Part shown: one piece after another, positions 27,001 to 39,850 of the stretch | Numbering within the stretch: the stretch's first letter is position 1 | How the letters are laid out: each line of letters opens with the position of its first letter | Source of the DNA: Eledone cirrhosa | Lineage: Eukaryota | DNA length: 64,000 bases | Direction of reading: 5' to 3' | Assembly: GCA_964016885.1 (NCBI GenBank) | Contig: OZ024744.1 | Coordinates: 21,204,001-21,268,000 of the forward strand | The notes under the pieces: model-generated | Told to the model about the DNA's origin: nothing | The model's input: the letters and a program-made list of their open reading frames with translations, nothing else | The model's database searches: none | Translations under genes and position numbers: made by a program

Positions 27001-30000
27001 TCGTTTTAACAACAGTTGAATCGTAAGAACTGACTCGTTTTATCAACAGTTCAACCTTAAGAACTGACTCGTTTTAACAACAGTTGAATCTTCAAATAAA
27101 ACTCGTTTTAACAACAGTTGAATCTTAAGAACTGACTCGTTTTAACAACAGTTGAATCTTAAGATAAATCTCGTTTTAACAACAGTTGAATCTTAAGAAC
27201 TGACTCATTTTAACAACAGTTGAATCTTAAGATAAAACTCGTTTTAACAACAGTTGAATCTTAAGAACTGACTCGTTTTAACAACAGCTGAATCTTAAGA
27301 TAAAACTCGTTTTAACAACAGTTGAATCTTAAGAACTGACTCGTTTTATCAACAGTTCAACCTTAAGAACTGACTCGTTTTAACAACGGCTGAATCTTAA
27401 GATAAAATTCGTTTTAACAATAGTTGAATGTTAAGAACTGATTCGTTTTAACAACAGTGCAAACGTAAGAACTGACTCGTTTTAACAGCAGTTGAATCTT
27501 AAGAACTGACTCGTTTTAACAACAGTTGAATCTTAAGATATAACTCGTTTTAACAACAGTTGAATCTTATGAACTGACTCGTTTTAACAACAATTGAATC
27601 TTAAGATAAAACTCGTATTAACAACAGTTGAATCTTAAGAACTGACTCATCTTAACAACAATTGAATCTTAAGACAAAACTCGTTTTAACAACAGTTGAA
27701 TCTTAAGAACTGACTCGTTTTAACAACAATTGAATCTTAAGGCAAAACTCGTTTTAACAACAGTTGAATCTTAAGAACTGACTCGTTTTATCAACAGTTC
27801 AACCTTAAGAACTGACTCGTTTTAGCAACAGTTGAATCTTCAAATAAAACTCGTTTTAACAACAGTTGAATCTTAAGAACTGATTCGTTTTAACAACAGT
27901 TGAATCTTAAGATAAAACTCGTTTTAACAACAGTTGAATCTTAAGATAAAACTCGTTTTAACAACAGTTGAATCTTAAGAACTGACTCGTTTTAACAACA
28001 ATTGAATCTTCAAATAAAACTCGTTTTAACAACAGTTGAATCTTAAGAACTGACTCGTTTTATCAACAGTTCAACCTTAAGAACTGTCTCATTTTAACAA
28101 CAGTTGAATCTTCAAATAAAACTCGTTTTAACGACAGTTGAATCTTAAGAACGGATTCGTTTTAACAACAGTTGAATCTTAAGATAAAACTCGTTTTAAC
28201 AACAGTTGAATCTTAAGAACTGACTCGTTTTAACAACAGCTGAATCTTAAGATAAAAATCGTTTTAACAACAGTTGAATCGTAAGAACTGACTCGTTTTA
28301 TCAACAGTTCAACCTTAAGAACTGACTCGTTTTAACAACAGTTGAATCTTCAAATAAAACTCGTTTTAACAACAGTTGAATCTTAAGAACTGATTCGTTT
28401 TAACAACAGCTCAATCTTAAGATAAACTCGTTTTAACAACAGCTGAATCTGAAGATAAAACTCGTTTTAACAACAGTTGAATCTTAAGAACGGATTCGTT
28501 TTAACAACGGTTGAATCTTAAGATAAAACTCGTTTTAACAACAGTTGAATCTTAAGAACTGACTCGTTTTAACAACAGCTGAATCTTAAGATAAAACTCG
28601 TTTTAACAACAGTTGAATCGTAAGAACTGACTCGTTTTATCAACAGTTCAATCTTAAGGACTGACTCGTTTTAACAACAGTTGAATCTTCAAATAAAACT
28701 CGTTTTAACAACAGTTGAATCTTAAGAACTGATTCGTTTTAACAACAGCTGAATCTTAAGAAATGGCTCGTTTTAACAACAGCTGAATCTTAAGATAAAA
28801 CTCGTTTTAACAACAGTTGAATCTTAAGAACTGACTCGTTTTAACAACAGTTCAACCATAAGAACTGACTCGTTTTAACAACAGTTGAATCTTCAAATAA
28901 AACTCGTTTTAACAACAGTTGAATCTTAAGAACTGATTCGTTTTAACAACAGCTGAATCTTAAGAACTGACTCGTTTTAACAACAGCTGAATCTTAAGAT
29001 AAAACGCGTTTTAACAACGGTTGAATCTTAAGAACTGACTCGTTTTAACAACAGTTGAATCTTCAAATAAAACTCCTTTTAACAACAGTTGAATCATAAG
29101 AATTGATTCGTTTAACAGCAGTTAAATCTTAAGATAACACTCGTTTTAACAACACTTGAATCTTAAGATAAAACTCGTTTTAACAACAGTTGGATCTTAA
29201 GAACTGACTCGTTTTAATCACAGTTGAATCTTAAAATAAAACTCGTTTTAACAACAGTTGAATCTTAAGAACTGAGTCGTTTTATCAACAGTTCAACCTT
29301 AAGAACTGACTCATTTTAACAACAGTTGAATCTTCAAATAAAACTCGTTTTAACAACAGTTGAATCTTAAGAACTGATTCGTTTTAACAACAACTGTATC
29401 TTAATATAAACTCGTTTTAACAACAGTTGAATCTTAAGATAAACTCGTTTTAACAACAGTTGAATTTTAAGAACTGTCTCGTTTTAACAACAGTTGAATC
29501 TTAAGAACTGTCTCGTTTTAACAACAGTTGAATCTTAAGAACTGACTCGTTTTAACAACAGTTGAATCTTCAAATAAAACTCGTTTTAACAACAGTTGAA
29601 TCTTAAGATAAAACTCGTTTTAACAACAGTTGAATCTTAAGAACTGACTCATTTTAACAACAGCTGAATATTAAGATAAAACTCGTTTTAACAACAGTTG
29701 AATCGTAAGAACTGACTCGTTTTATCAACAGTTCAACCTTAAGAACTGACTCGTTTTAACAACAGTTGAATCTTCAAATAAAACTCGTTTTAACAACAGT
29801 TGAATCTTAAGAACTGACTCGTTTTAACAACAGTTGAATCTTAAGATAAATCTCGTTTTAACAACAGTTGAATCTTAAGAACTGACTCATTTTAACAACA
29901 GTTGAATCTTAAGATAAAACTCGTTTTAACAACAGTTGAATCTTAAGAACTGACTCGTTTTAACAACAGCTGAATCTTAAGATAAAACTCGTTTTAACAA

Positions 30001-32144
30001 CAGTTGAATCTTAAGAACTGACTCGTTTTATCAACAGTTCAACCTTAAGAACTGACTCGTTTTAACAACGGCTGAATCTTAAGATAAAATTCGTTTTAAC
30101 AATAGTTGAATGTTAAGAACTGATTCGTTTTAACAACAGTGCAAACGTAAGAACTGACTCGTTTTAACAGCAGTTGAATCTTAAGAACTGACTCGTTTTA
30201 ACAACAGTTGAATCTTAAGATATAACTCGTTTTAACAACAGTTGAATCTTATGAACTGACTCGTTTTAACAACAATTGAATCTTAAGATAAAACTCGTAT
30301 TAACAACAGTTGAATCTTAAGAACTGACTCATCTTAACAACAATTGAATCTTAAGACAAAACTCGTTTTAACAACAGTTGAATCTTAAGAACTGACTCGT
30401 TTTAACAACAATTGAATCTTAAGGCAAAACTCGTTTTAACAACAGTTGAATCTTAAGAACTGACTCGTTTTATCAACAGTTCAACCTTAAGAACTGACTC
30501 GTTTTAGCAACAGTTGAATCTTCAAATAAAACTCGTTTTAACAACAGTTGAATCTTAAGAACTGATTCGTTTTAACAACAGTTGAATCTTAAGATAAAAC
30601 TCGTTTTAACAACAGTTGAATCTTAAGATAAAACTCGTTTTAACAACAGTTGAATCTTAAGAACTGACTCGTTTTAATAACAGTTGAATCTTAAGATAAA
30701 ACTCGTTTTAACAACAGTTGAATCTTAAGAACTGACTCGTTTTATCAACAGTTCAACCTTAAGAACTGTCTCATTTTAACAACAGTTGAATCTTCAAATA
30801 AAACTCGTTTTAACGACAGTTGAATCTTAAGAACGGATTCGTTTTAACAACAGTTGAATCTTAAGATAAAACTCGTTTTAACAACAGTTGAATCTTAAGA
30901 ACTGACTCGTTTTAACAACAGCTGAATCTTAAGATAAAAATCGTTTTAACAACAGTTGAATCGTAAGAACTGACTCGTTTTATCAACAGTTCAACCTTAA
31001 GAACTGACTCGTTTTAACAACAGTTGAATCTTCAAATAAAACTCGTTTTAACAACAGTTGAATCTTAAGAACTGATTCGTTTTAACAACAGCTCAATCTT
31101 AAGATAAACTCGTTTTAACAACAGCTGAATCTGAAGATAAAACTCGTTTTAACAACAGTTGAATCTTAAGAACGGATTCGTTTTAACAACGGTTGAATCT
31201 TAAGATAAAACTCGTTTTAACAACAGTTGAATCTTAAGAACTGACTCGTTTTAACAACAGCTGAATCTTAAGATAAAACTCGTTTTAACAACAGTTGAAT
31301 CGTAAGAACTGACTCGTTTTATCAACAGTTCAATCTTAAGGACTGACTCGTTTTAACAACAGTTGAATCTTCAAATAAAACTCGTTTTAACAACAGTTGA
31401 ATCTTAAGAACTGATTCGTTTTAACAACAGCTGAATCTTAAGAAATGGCTCGTTTTAACAACAGCTGAATCTTAAGATAAAACTCGTTTTAACAACAGTT
31501 GAATCTTAAGAACTGACTCGTTTTAACAACAGTTCAACCATAAGAACTGACTCGTTTTAACAACAGTTGAATCTTCAAATAAAACTCGTTTTAACAACAG
31601 TTGAATCTTAAGAACTGATTCGTTTTAACAACAGCTGAATCTTAAGAACTGACTCGTTTTAACAACAGCTGAATCTTAAGATAAAACGCGTTTTAACAAC
31701 GGTTGAATCTTAAGAACTGACTCGTTTTAACAACAGTTGAATCTTCAAATAAAACTCCTTTTAACAACAGTTGAATCATAAGAATTGATTCGTTTAACAG
31801 CAGTTAAATCTTAAGATAACACTCGTTTTAACAACACTTGAATCTTAAGATAAAACTCGTTTTAACAACAGTTGGATCTTAAGAACTGACTCGTTTTAAT
31901 CACAGTTGAATCTTAAAATAAAACTCGTTTTAACAACAGTTGAATCTTAAGAACTGAGTCGTTTTATCAACAGTTCAACCTTAAGAACTGACTCATTTTA
32001 ACAACAGTTGCATCTTCAAATAAAACTCGTTTTAACAACAGTTGAATCTTAAGAACTGATTCGTTTTAACAACAACTGTATCTTAATATAAACTCGTTTT
32101 AACAACAGTTGAATCTTAAGATAAACTCGTTTTAACAACAGTTG
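24079..32144 (+). repeat. Higher-order repeat, 3 near-identical copies of a 2682-bp unit (79 monomers)
   Basis: Markers AATTTTAAG at 24099/26781/29463, GGCAAAAC at 25059/27741/30423 and AACGCG at 26321/29003/31685 are all offset by exactly 2682. Confidence 0.95.
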
Positions 32145-34479
32145 AATCTTAAGAACTGACTCGTTTTAATAACAGTTGAATCTTAAGATAAAACTCGTTT
32201 TAACAACAGTTGAATCTTAAGAACTGACTCGTTTTAACAACAGCTGAATCTTAAGATAAAACTCGTTTTAACAACAGTTGAATCTTAACCACTGACTCGC
32301 TTTATCAACAGTTCAACCTTAAGAACTGACTCATTTTAACAACAGTTGAATCTTCAAATAAAACTCGTTTTAACAACAGTTGAATCTTAAGAACTGATTC
32401 GTTTTAACGACAGCTGAATCTTAAGAACTGACTCGTTTAACAACAGCTGAATCTTAAGATTAAACTCGTTTTAACAACAGTTGAATCTTAAGAACTGACT
32501 CGTTTTATCAACAGTTCAACCTTAAGAACTGACTCGTTTTAACAACAGTTGAATCTTCAAATAAAACTCGTTTTCACAACAGTTGAATCTTAAGAACTGA
32601 CTCGTTTTAACAACAGTTGAATCTTAAGATAAAACTCGTTTTAACAACAGTTGAATCTTAAGAACTGACTCGTTTTAACAACAGTTCAACCATAAGAACT
32701 GACTCGTTTTAACAACAGTTGAATCTTCAAATAAAACTCGTTTTAACAACAGTTGAATCTTAAGATAAAACTCGTTTTAACAACAGCTGAATCTTAAGAT
32801 AAAACTCGTTTTAACAACGGTTGAATCTTAAGAACTGACTCGTTTTAACAACAGTTGAATCTTCAAATAAAACTCGTTTTAACAACAGTTGAATCACAAG
32901 AACTGATTCGTTTAATAACAGTTGAATCTTAAGATAAATCTCGTTTTAACAACAGTTGAATCTTAAGAACTGCATCGTTTTAACAACAGCTGAATGTTAA
33001 GATAAAGCTCGTTTTAACAACAGCTGAATCTTAAGATAAAACTCGTTTTAACAACAGTTGAATCGTAAGAACTGTCTCGTTTTATCAACAGTTCAACCTT
33101 AAGAACTGACTCGTTTTAACAACAGTTGAATCTTCAAATAAAACTCGTTTTAACAACAGTTGAATCTTAAGAACGGATTCGTTTTAACAACAGCTGAATC
33201 TTAAGATAAACTCGTTTTAACAACAGTTGAATCGTAAGATAAAACTCGTTTTAACAACAGTTGAATCTTAAGAACTTACTCGTTTTAACAACAGCTGAAT
33301 CTTAAGATAAAACTCGTTTTAACAACAGTTGAATCGTAAGAACTGACTCGTTTTATCAACAGTTCATACTTAAGAAATGACTCGTTTTAACAACAGTTGA
33401 ATCTTCAAATAAAACTCGTTTTAACAACAGTTGAATCTTAAGAACTGACTCGTTTTAACAACAGCTGAATTTGAAGATAAACTCGTTTTAACAACAGTTG
33501 AATCTTAAGAACTGACTCGTTTTAACAACAGCTAAATCTTAAGATAAAACTCGTTTTAACAACAGTTGAATCTTAAGAACTGACTTGTTTTATCAGCAGT
33601 TCAACCTTAAGAACTGACTCATCTTAACAACAGTTGAATCTTCAAATAAACTCGTTTTAACAACAGCTGAATCTTAAGATAAAACTCGTTTTAACAACAA
33701 TCGAATCTTAAGATAAAACTCGTTTTAACAACAGTTGAATCTTAAGAACTGACTCGTTTTAACAACAGATGAATCTTAAGATAAAACTCGTTTTAACAAC
33801 AGTTGAATCTTAAGAACTGACTCGTTTTATAAACAGTTCAACCTTAAGAACGGACTCGTTTTAACAACAGTTGAATCTTCAAATAAAACTCGTTTTAACA
33901 ACAGTTGAATCTTAAGAACTGACTCGTTTTAACAACAGTTGAATCTTAAGATAAAACTCGTTTTAACAACAGTTGAATCTTAAGAACTGACTCGTTTTAT
34001 CAACAGTTCAACCTTAAGAACTGACTCGTTTTAACAACAGCTGAATCTTAAGATAAAACTCGTCTTAACAACAGTTGAATCTTAAGATAAAATTCGTTTT
34101 AACGATAGTTGAATGTTAAGAACTGATTCGTTTTAACAACAGTGCAAACTTAATAACTGACTCGTTTTAACAACAGTTGAATCTTCAAATAAAACTTGTT
34201 TTAACAACAGTTGAATCTTAAGAACTGACTCGTTTTAACAACAGTTGATTCTTATGATAAAACTCATTTTAACAACAGTTGAATCTTAAGATAACACTCG
34301 TTTTAACAACAGTTGAATCTTAACAACTGTCTCGTTTTAACAACAGTTGAATCTTAAGAACTGTCTCGTTTTAACAACAGTTGAATCTTAAGAATTTACT
34401 CGTTTTATCAACAGTTCAACCTTAAGAACTGACTCGTTTTAACAACAGTTGAATCTTCAAATAAAACTCGTTTTAACAA

Positions 34480-37400
34480 CAGTTGAATCTTAAGAACTGA
34501 CTCGTTTTAACAACAGCTGAATTTGAAGATAAACTCGTTTTAACAACAGTTGAATCTTAAGAACTGACTCGTTTTAACAACAGCTAAATCTTAAGATAAA
34601 ACTCGTTTTAACAACAGTTGAATCTTAAGAACTGACTTGTTTTATCAGCAGTTCAACCTTAAGAACTGACTCATCTTAACAACAGTTGAATCTTCAAATA
34701 AACTCGTTTTAACAACAGCTGAATCTTAAGATAAAACTCGTTTTAACAACAATTGAATCTTAAGATAAAACTCGTTTTAACAACAGTTGAATCTTAAGAA
34801 CTGACTCGTTTTAACAACAGATAAATCTTAAGATAAAACTCGTTTTAACAACAGTTGAATCTTAAGAACTGACTCGTTTTATAAACAGTTCAACCTTAAG
34901 AACGGACTCGTTTTAACAACAGTTGAATCTTCAAATAAAACTCGTTTTAACAACAGTTGAATCTTAAGAACTGATTCGTTTTAACAACAGCTGAATCTTA
35001 AGATAAACTCGTTTTAACAACAGTTGAATCGTAAGATAAAACTCGTTTTAACAACAGTTGAATCTTAAGAACTTACTCGTTTTAACAACAGCTGAATCTT
35101 AAGATAAAACTCGTTTTAACAACAGTTGAATCGTAAGAACTGACTCGTTTTATCAACAGTTCATACTTAAGAAATGACTCGTTTTAACAACAGTTGAATC
35201 TTCAAATAAAACTCGTTTTAACAACAGTTGAATCTTAAGATAAAACTCGTTTTAACAACAGTTTAATCTTAAGAACTGACTCGTTTTAACAACAGTTGAA
35301 TCTTAAGACAAAACTCGTTTTAACAACAGTTGAATCTTAAGAACTGACTTGTTCTAACAACAGTTCAGCCTTAAGAACTGACTCGTTTTAAAACAGTTGA
35401 ATCGTTAGAACTGACTCGTTTTAACAACAGTTGAATCTTAAAATAAAACTCGTTTTAACAATAGTTGAATCTCAAGAACTGACTCGTTTTAGCAACAGTT
35501 GAATCTTAAGAACTGTCTCGTTTTAACGACAGTTGAATTTTAAGATAAACCTCGTTTTGACAACAGTTGAATGTTAAGATAAAACTCGTTTTAACAATAG
35601 TGGAATCTTAAGAACTGACTCGTTTTAACAACAGTTGAATCTTAAGATAAAACTCGTTTTAACAACAGTTGAATCTTAAGAACTGACTCGTTTTAACAAC
35701 AGCTGAATCTTAAGATAAAACTCGTTTTAACAACAGTTCAAACTTAAGAAATGACTCGTTTTAACAAAAGTTGAATCTTATGAACTCACTCATTTTAACA
35801 ACAGTTGAATCTTAAGATAACTTTCGTTTTAACAACAGTTGAATCTTAAGAACTGATTCGTTTTAACAACAGTTGAATCTTAAGATAAAACTCGTTTTAA
35901 CAACAGTTGAATCTTAAGAACGGACTCGTTTTAACAACACCTGAATCTTAAGATAAAACTCGTTTTAACAACAGTTGAATCTTAAGAACTGATTCGTTTT
36001 AACAACAGTTCAAACTTAAGAACTGACTCGTTTTAACAACAGTTGAATCTTATGAACTGACTCATTTTAACAACAGTTGAATCTTAAGATAACATTCGTT
36101 TTAACAACAGTTGAATCTTAAGAACTGACTCGTTTTAACAACAGTTGAATCTTAAAGATAAAACTCGTTTCGACAACAGTTGAATCTTAAGAACTGACTC
36201 GTTTTAACAACAGCTGTATCTTAAGATAAAACTCGTTTTAACAACAGTTGAATCTTAAGATAAAACTCGTTTTAACAACAGTTGAATCTTAAGAACTGAC
36301 TCGTTTTAACGACAGCTGAATCTTAAGATAAAACTAGTTTTAACAACTGTTCAAACTTAAGAAATGACTCGTTTTAACAACAGTTGAATCTTATGAACTG
36401 ACTCATTTTAACAACAGTTGAATCTTAAGAACTGATTCGTTTTAACGACAGTTGAATCTTAAGATAAAACTCGTTTTAACAACAGTTGAATCTTAAGAAC
36501 TGACTCGTTTTAACAACAGCTGAATCTTAAGATAAAACTCGTTTTAACAACAGTTGAATCTTAAGAACTGACTCGTTTTAACAACAGCTGAATCTTAAGA
36601 TAAAACTCGTTTTAACAATAGTTGAATCTTAAGATAAAACTCGTTTTAACAACAGTTGAATCTTAAGATAAAACTCGTTTTAACAACAGTTGAATCTTAT
36701 GAGCTAACTCATTTTAACAACAGTTGAATCTTAAGTTAAGACTCGTTTTAACAACAGTTGAATCTTAAGAACTGACTCGTTTTAACGACAGCTCAATCTT
36801 AAGATAAAACTTGTTTTAACAACAGTTGAATCTTAAAGATAAAACTCGCTTTAACAACAGTTGAATCTTAAGAACTGATTCGTTTTAACAACAGTTCAAA
36901 CTTAAGAACTGATTCGTTTTAACAACAGTTGAATCTTATGAACTGACTCATTTTAACAATAGTTGAATCTTAAGATAACATTCGTTTTAACAACAGTTGA
37001 ATCTTAAGAACTGACTCGTTTTAACAACAGTTGAATCTTAAGATAAAACTCGTTTTAACAACAGTTGAATCTTAAGAACTGTCTCGTTTTAACAACAGTT
37101 GAATCTTAAGATAAACCTCGTTTTAACAACAGTTGAATCTTAAGAACTGACTCGTTTTAACAACAGCTGAATTTGAAGATAAACTCGTTTTAACAACAGT
37201 TGAATCTTAAGAACTGACTCGTTTTAACAACAGCTAAATCTTAAGATAAAACTCGTTTTAACAACAGTTGAATCTTAAGAACTGACTTGTTTTATCAGCA
37301 GTTCAACCTTAAGAACTGACTCATCTTAACAACAGTTGAATCTTCAAATAAACTCGTTTTAACAACAGCTGAATCTTAAGATAAAACTCGTTTTAACAAC

Positions 37401-39850
37401 AATTGAATCTTAAGATAAAACTCGTTTTAACAACAGTTGAATCTTAAGAACTGACTCGTTTTAACAACAGATGAATCTTAAGATAAAACTCGTTTTAACA
37501 ACAGTTGAATCTTAAGAACTGACTCGTTTTATAAACAGTTCAACCTTAAGAACGGACTCGTTTTAACAACAGTTGAATCTTCAAATAAAACTCGTTTTAA
37601 CAACAGTTGAATCTTAAGAACTGATTCGTTTTAACAACAGCTGAATCTTAAGATAAACTCGTTTTAACAACAGTTGAATCGTAAGATAAAACTCGTTTTA
37701 ACAACAGTTGAATCTTAAGAACTTACTCGTTTTAACAACAGCTGAATCTTAAGATAAAACTCGTTTTAACAACAGTTGAATCGTAAGAACTGACTCGTTT
37801 TATCAACAGTTCATACTTAAGAAATGACTCGTTTTAACAACAGTTGAATCTTCAAATAAAACTCGTTTTAACAACAGTTGAATCTTAAGAACTGACTCGT
37901 TTTAACAACAGTTGAATCTTAAGATAAAACTCGTTTTAACAACAGTTTAATCTTAAGAACTGACTCGTTTTAACAACAGTTGAATCTTAAGACAAAACTC
38001 GTTTTAACAACAGTTGAATCTTAAGAACTGACTTGTTCTAACAACAGTTCAGCCTTAAGAACTGACTCGTTTTAAAACAGTTGAATCGTTAGAACTGACT
38101 CGTTTTAACAACAGTTGAATCTTAAAATAAAACTCGTTTTAACAATAGTTGAATCTCAAGAACTGACTCGTTTTAGCAACAGTTGAATCTTAAGAACTGT
38201 CTCGTTTTAACGACAGTTGAATTTTAAGATAAACCTCGTTTTGACAACAGTTGAATGTTAAGATAAAACTCGTTTTAACAATAGTGGAATCTTAAGAACT
38301 GACTCGTTTTAACAACAGTTGAATCTTAAGATAAAACTCGTTTTAACAACAGTTGAATCTTAAGAACTGACTCGTTTTAACAACAGCTGAATCTTAAGAT
38401 AAAACTCGTTTTAACAACAGTTCAAACTTAAGAAATGACTCGTTTTAACAAAAGTTGAATCTTATGAACTCACTCATTTTAACAACAGTTGAATCTTAAG
38501 ATAACTTTCGTTTTAACAACAGTTGAATCTTAAGAACTGATTCGTTTTAACAACAGTTGAATCTTAAGATAAAACTCGTTTTAACAACAGTTGAATCTTA
38601 AGAACGGACTCGTTTTAACAACACCTGAATCTTAAGATAAAACTCGTTTTAACAACAGTTGAATCTTAAGAACTGATTCGTTTTAACAACAGTTCAAACT
38701 TAAGAACTGACTCGTTTTAACAACAGTTGAATCTTATGAACTGACTCATTTTAACAACAGTTGAATCTTAAGATAACATTCGTTTTAACAACAGTTGAAT
38801 CTTAAGAACTGACTCGTTTTAACAACAGTTGAATCTTAAAGATAAAACTCGTTTCGACAACAGTTGAATCTTAAGAACTGACTCGTTTTAACAACAGCTG
38901 TATCTTAAGATAAAACTCGTTTTAACAACAGTTGAATCTTAAGATAAAACTCGTTTTAACAACAGTTGAATCTTAAGAACTGACTCGTTTTAACGACAGC
39001 TGAATCTTAAGATAAAACTAGTTTTAACAACTGTTCAAACTTAAGAAATGACTCGTTTTAACAACAGTTGAATCTTATGAACTGACTCATTTTAACAACA
39101 GTTGAATCTTAAGAACTGATTCGTTTTAACGACAGTTGAATCTTAAGATAAAACTCGTTTTAACAACAGTTGAATCTTAAGAACTGACTCGTTTTAACAA
39201 CAGCTGAATCTTAAGATAAAACTCGTTTTAACAACAGTTGAATCTTAAGAACTGACTCGTCTTAACAACAGCTGAATCTTAAGATAAAACTCGTTTTAAC
39301 AATAGTTGAATCTTAAGATAAAACTCGTTTTAACAACAGTTGAATCTTAAGAACTGACTCGTTTTAACAACAGTTGAATCTTAAGATAAAACTCGTTTTA
39401 ACAACAGTTGAATCTTATGAGCTAACTCATTTTAACAACAGTTGAATCTTAAGTTAAGACTCGTTTTAACAACAGTTGAATCTTAAGAACTGACTCGTTT
39501 TAACGACAGCTGAATCTTAAGATAAAACTTGTTTTAACAACAGTTGAATCTTAAAGATAAAACTCGCTTTAACAACAGTTGAATCTTAAGAACTGATTCG
39601 TTTTAACAACAGTTCAAACTTAAGAACTGATTCGTTTTAACAACAGTTGAATCTTATGAACTGACTCATTTTAACAATAGTTGAATCTTAAGATAACATT
39701 CGTTTTAACAACAGTTGAATCTTAAGAACTGACTCGTTTTAACAACAGTTGAATCTTAAGATAAAACTCGTTTTAACAACAGTTGAATCTTAAGAACTGT
39801 CTCGTTTTAACAACAGTTGAATCTTAAGATAAACCTCGTTTTAACAACAG
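34480..39850 (+). repeat. Tandem duplication, period 2650-2718 bp (78-80 monomers), 2 copies
   Basis: AATTTGAAGAT at 34520/37170 (2650), ATAGTGGAAT at 35597/38281 (2684), CACCTGAAT at 35938/38622 (2684), GAGCTAACTC at 36701/39419 (2718). The offset rises in 34-bp steps. Confidence 0.88.
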
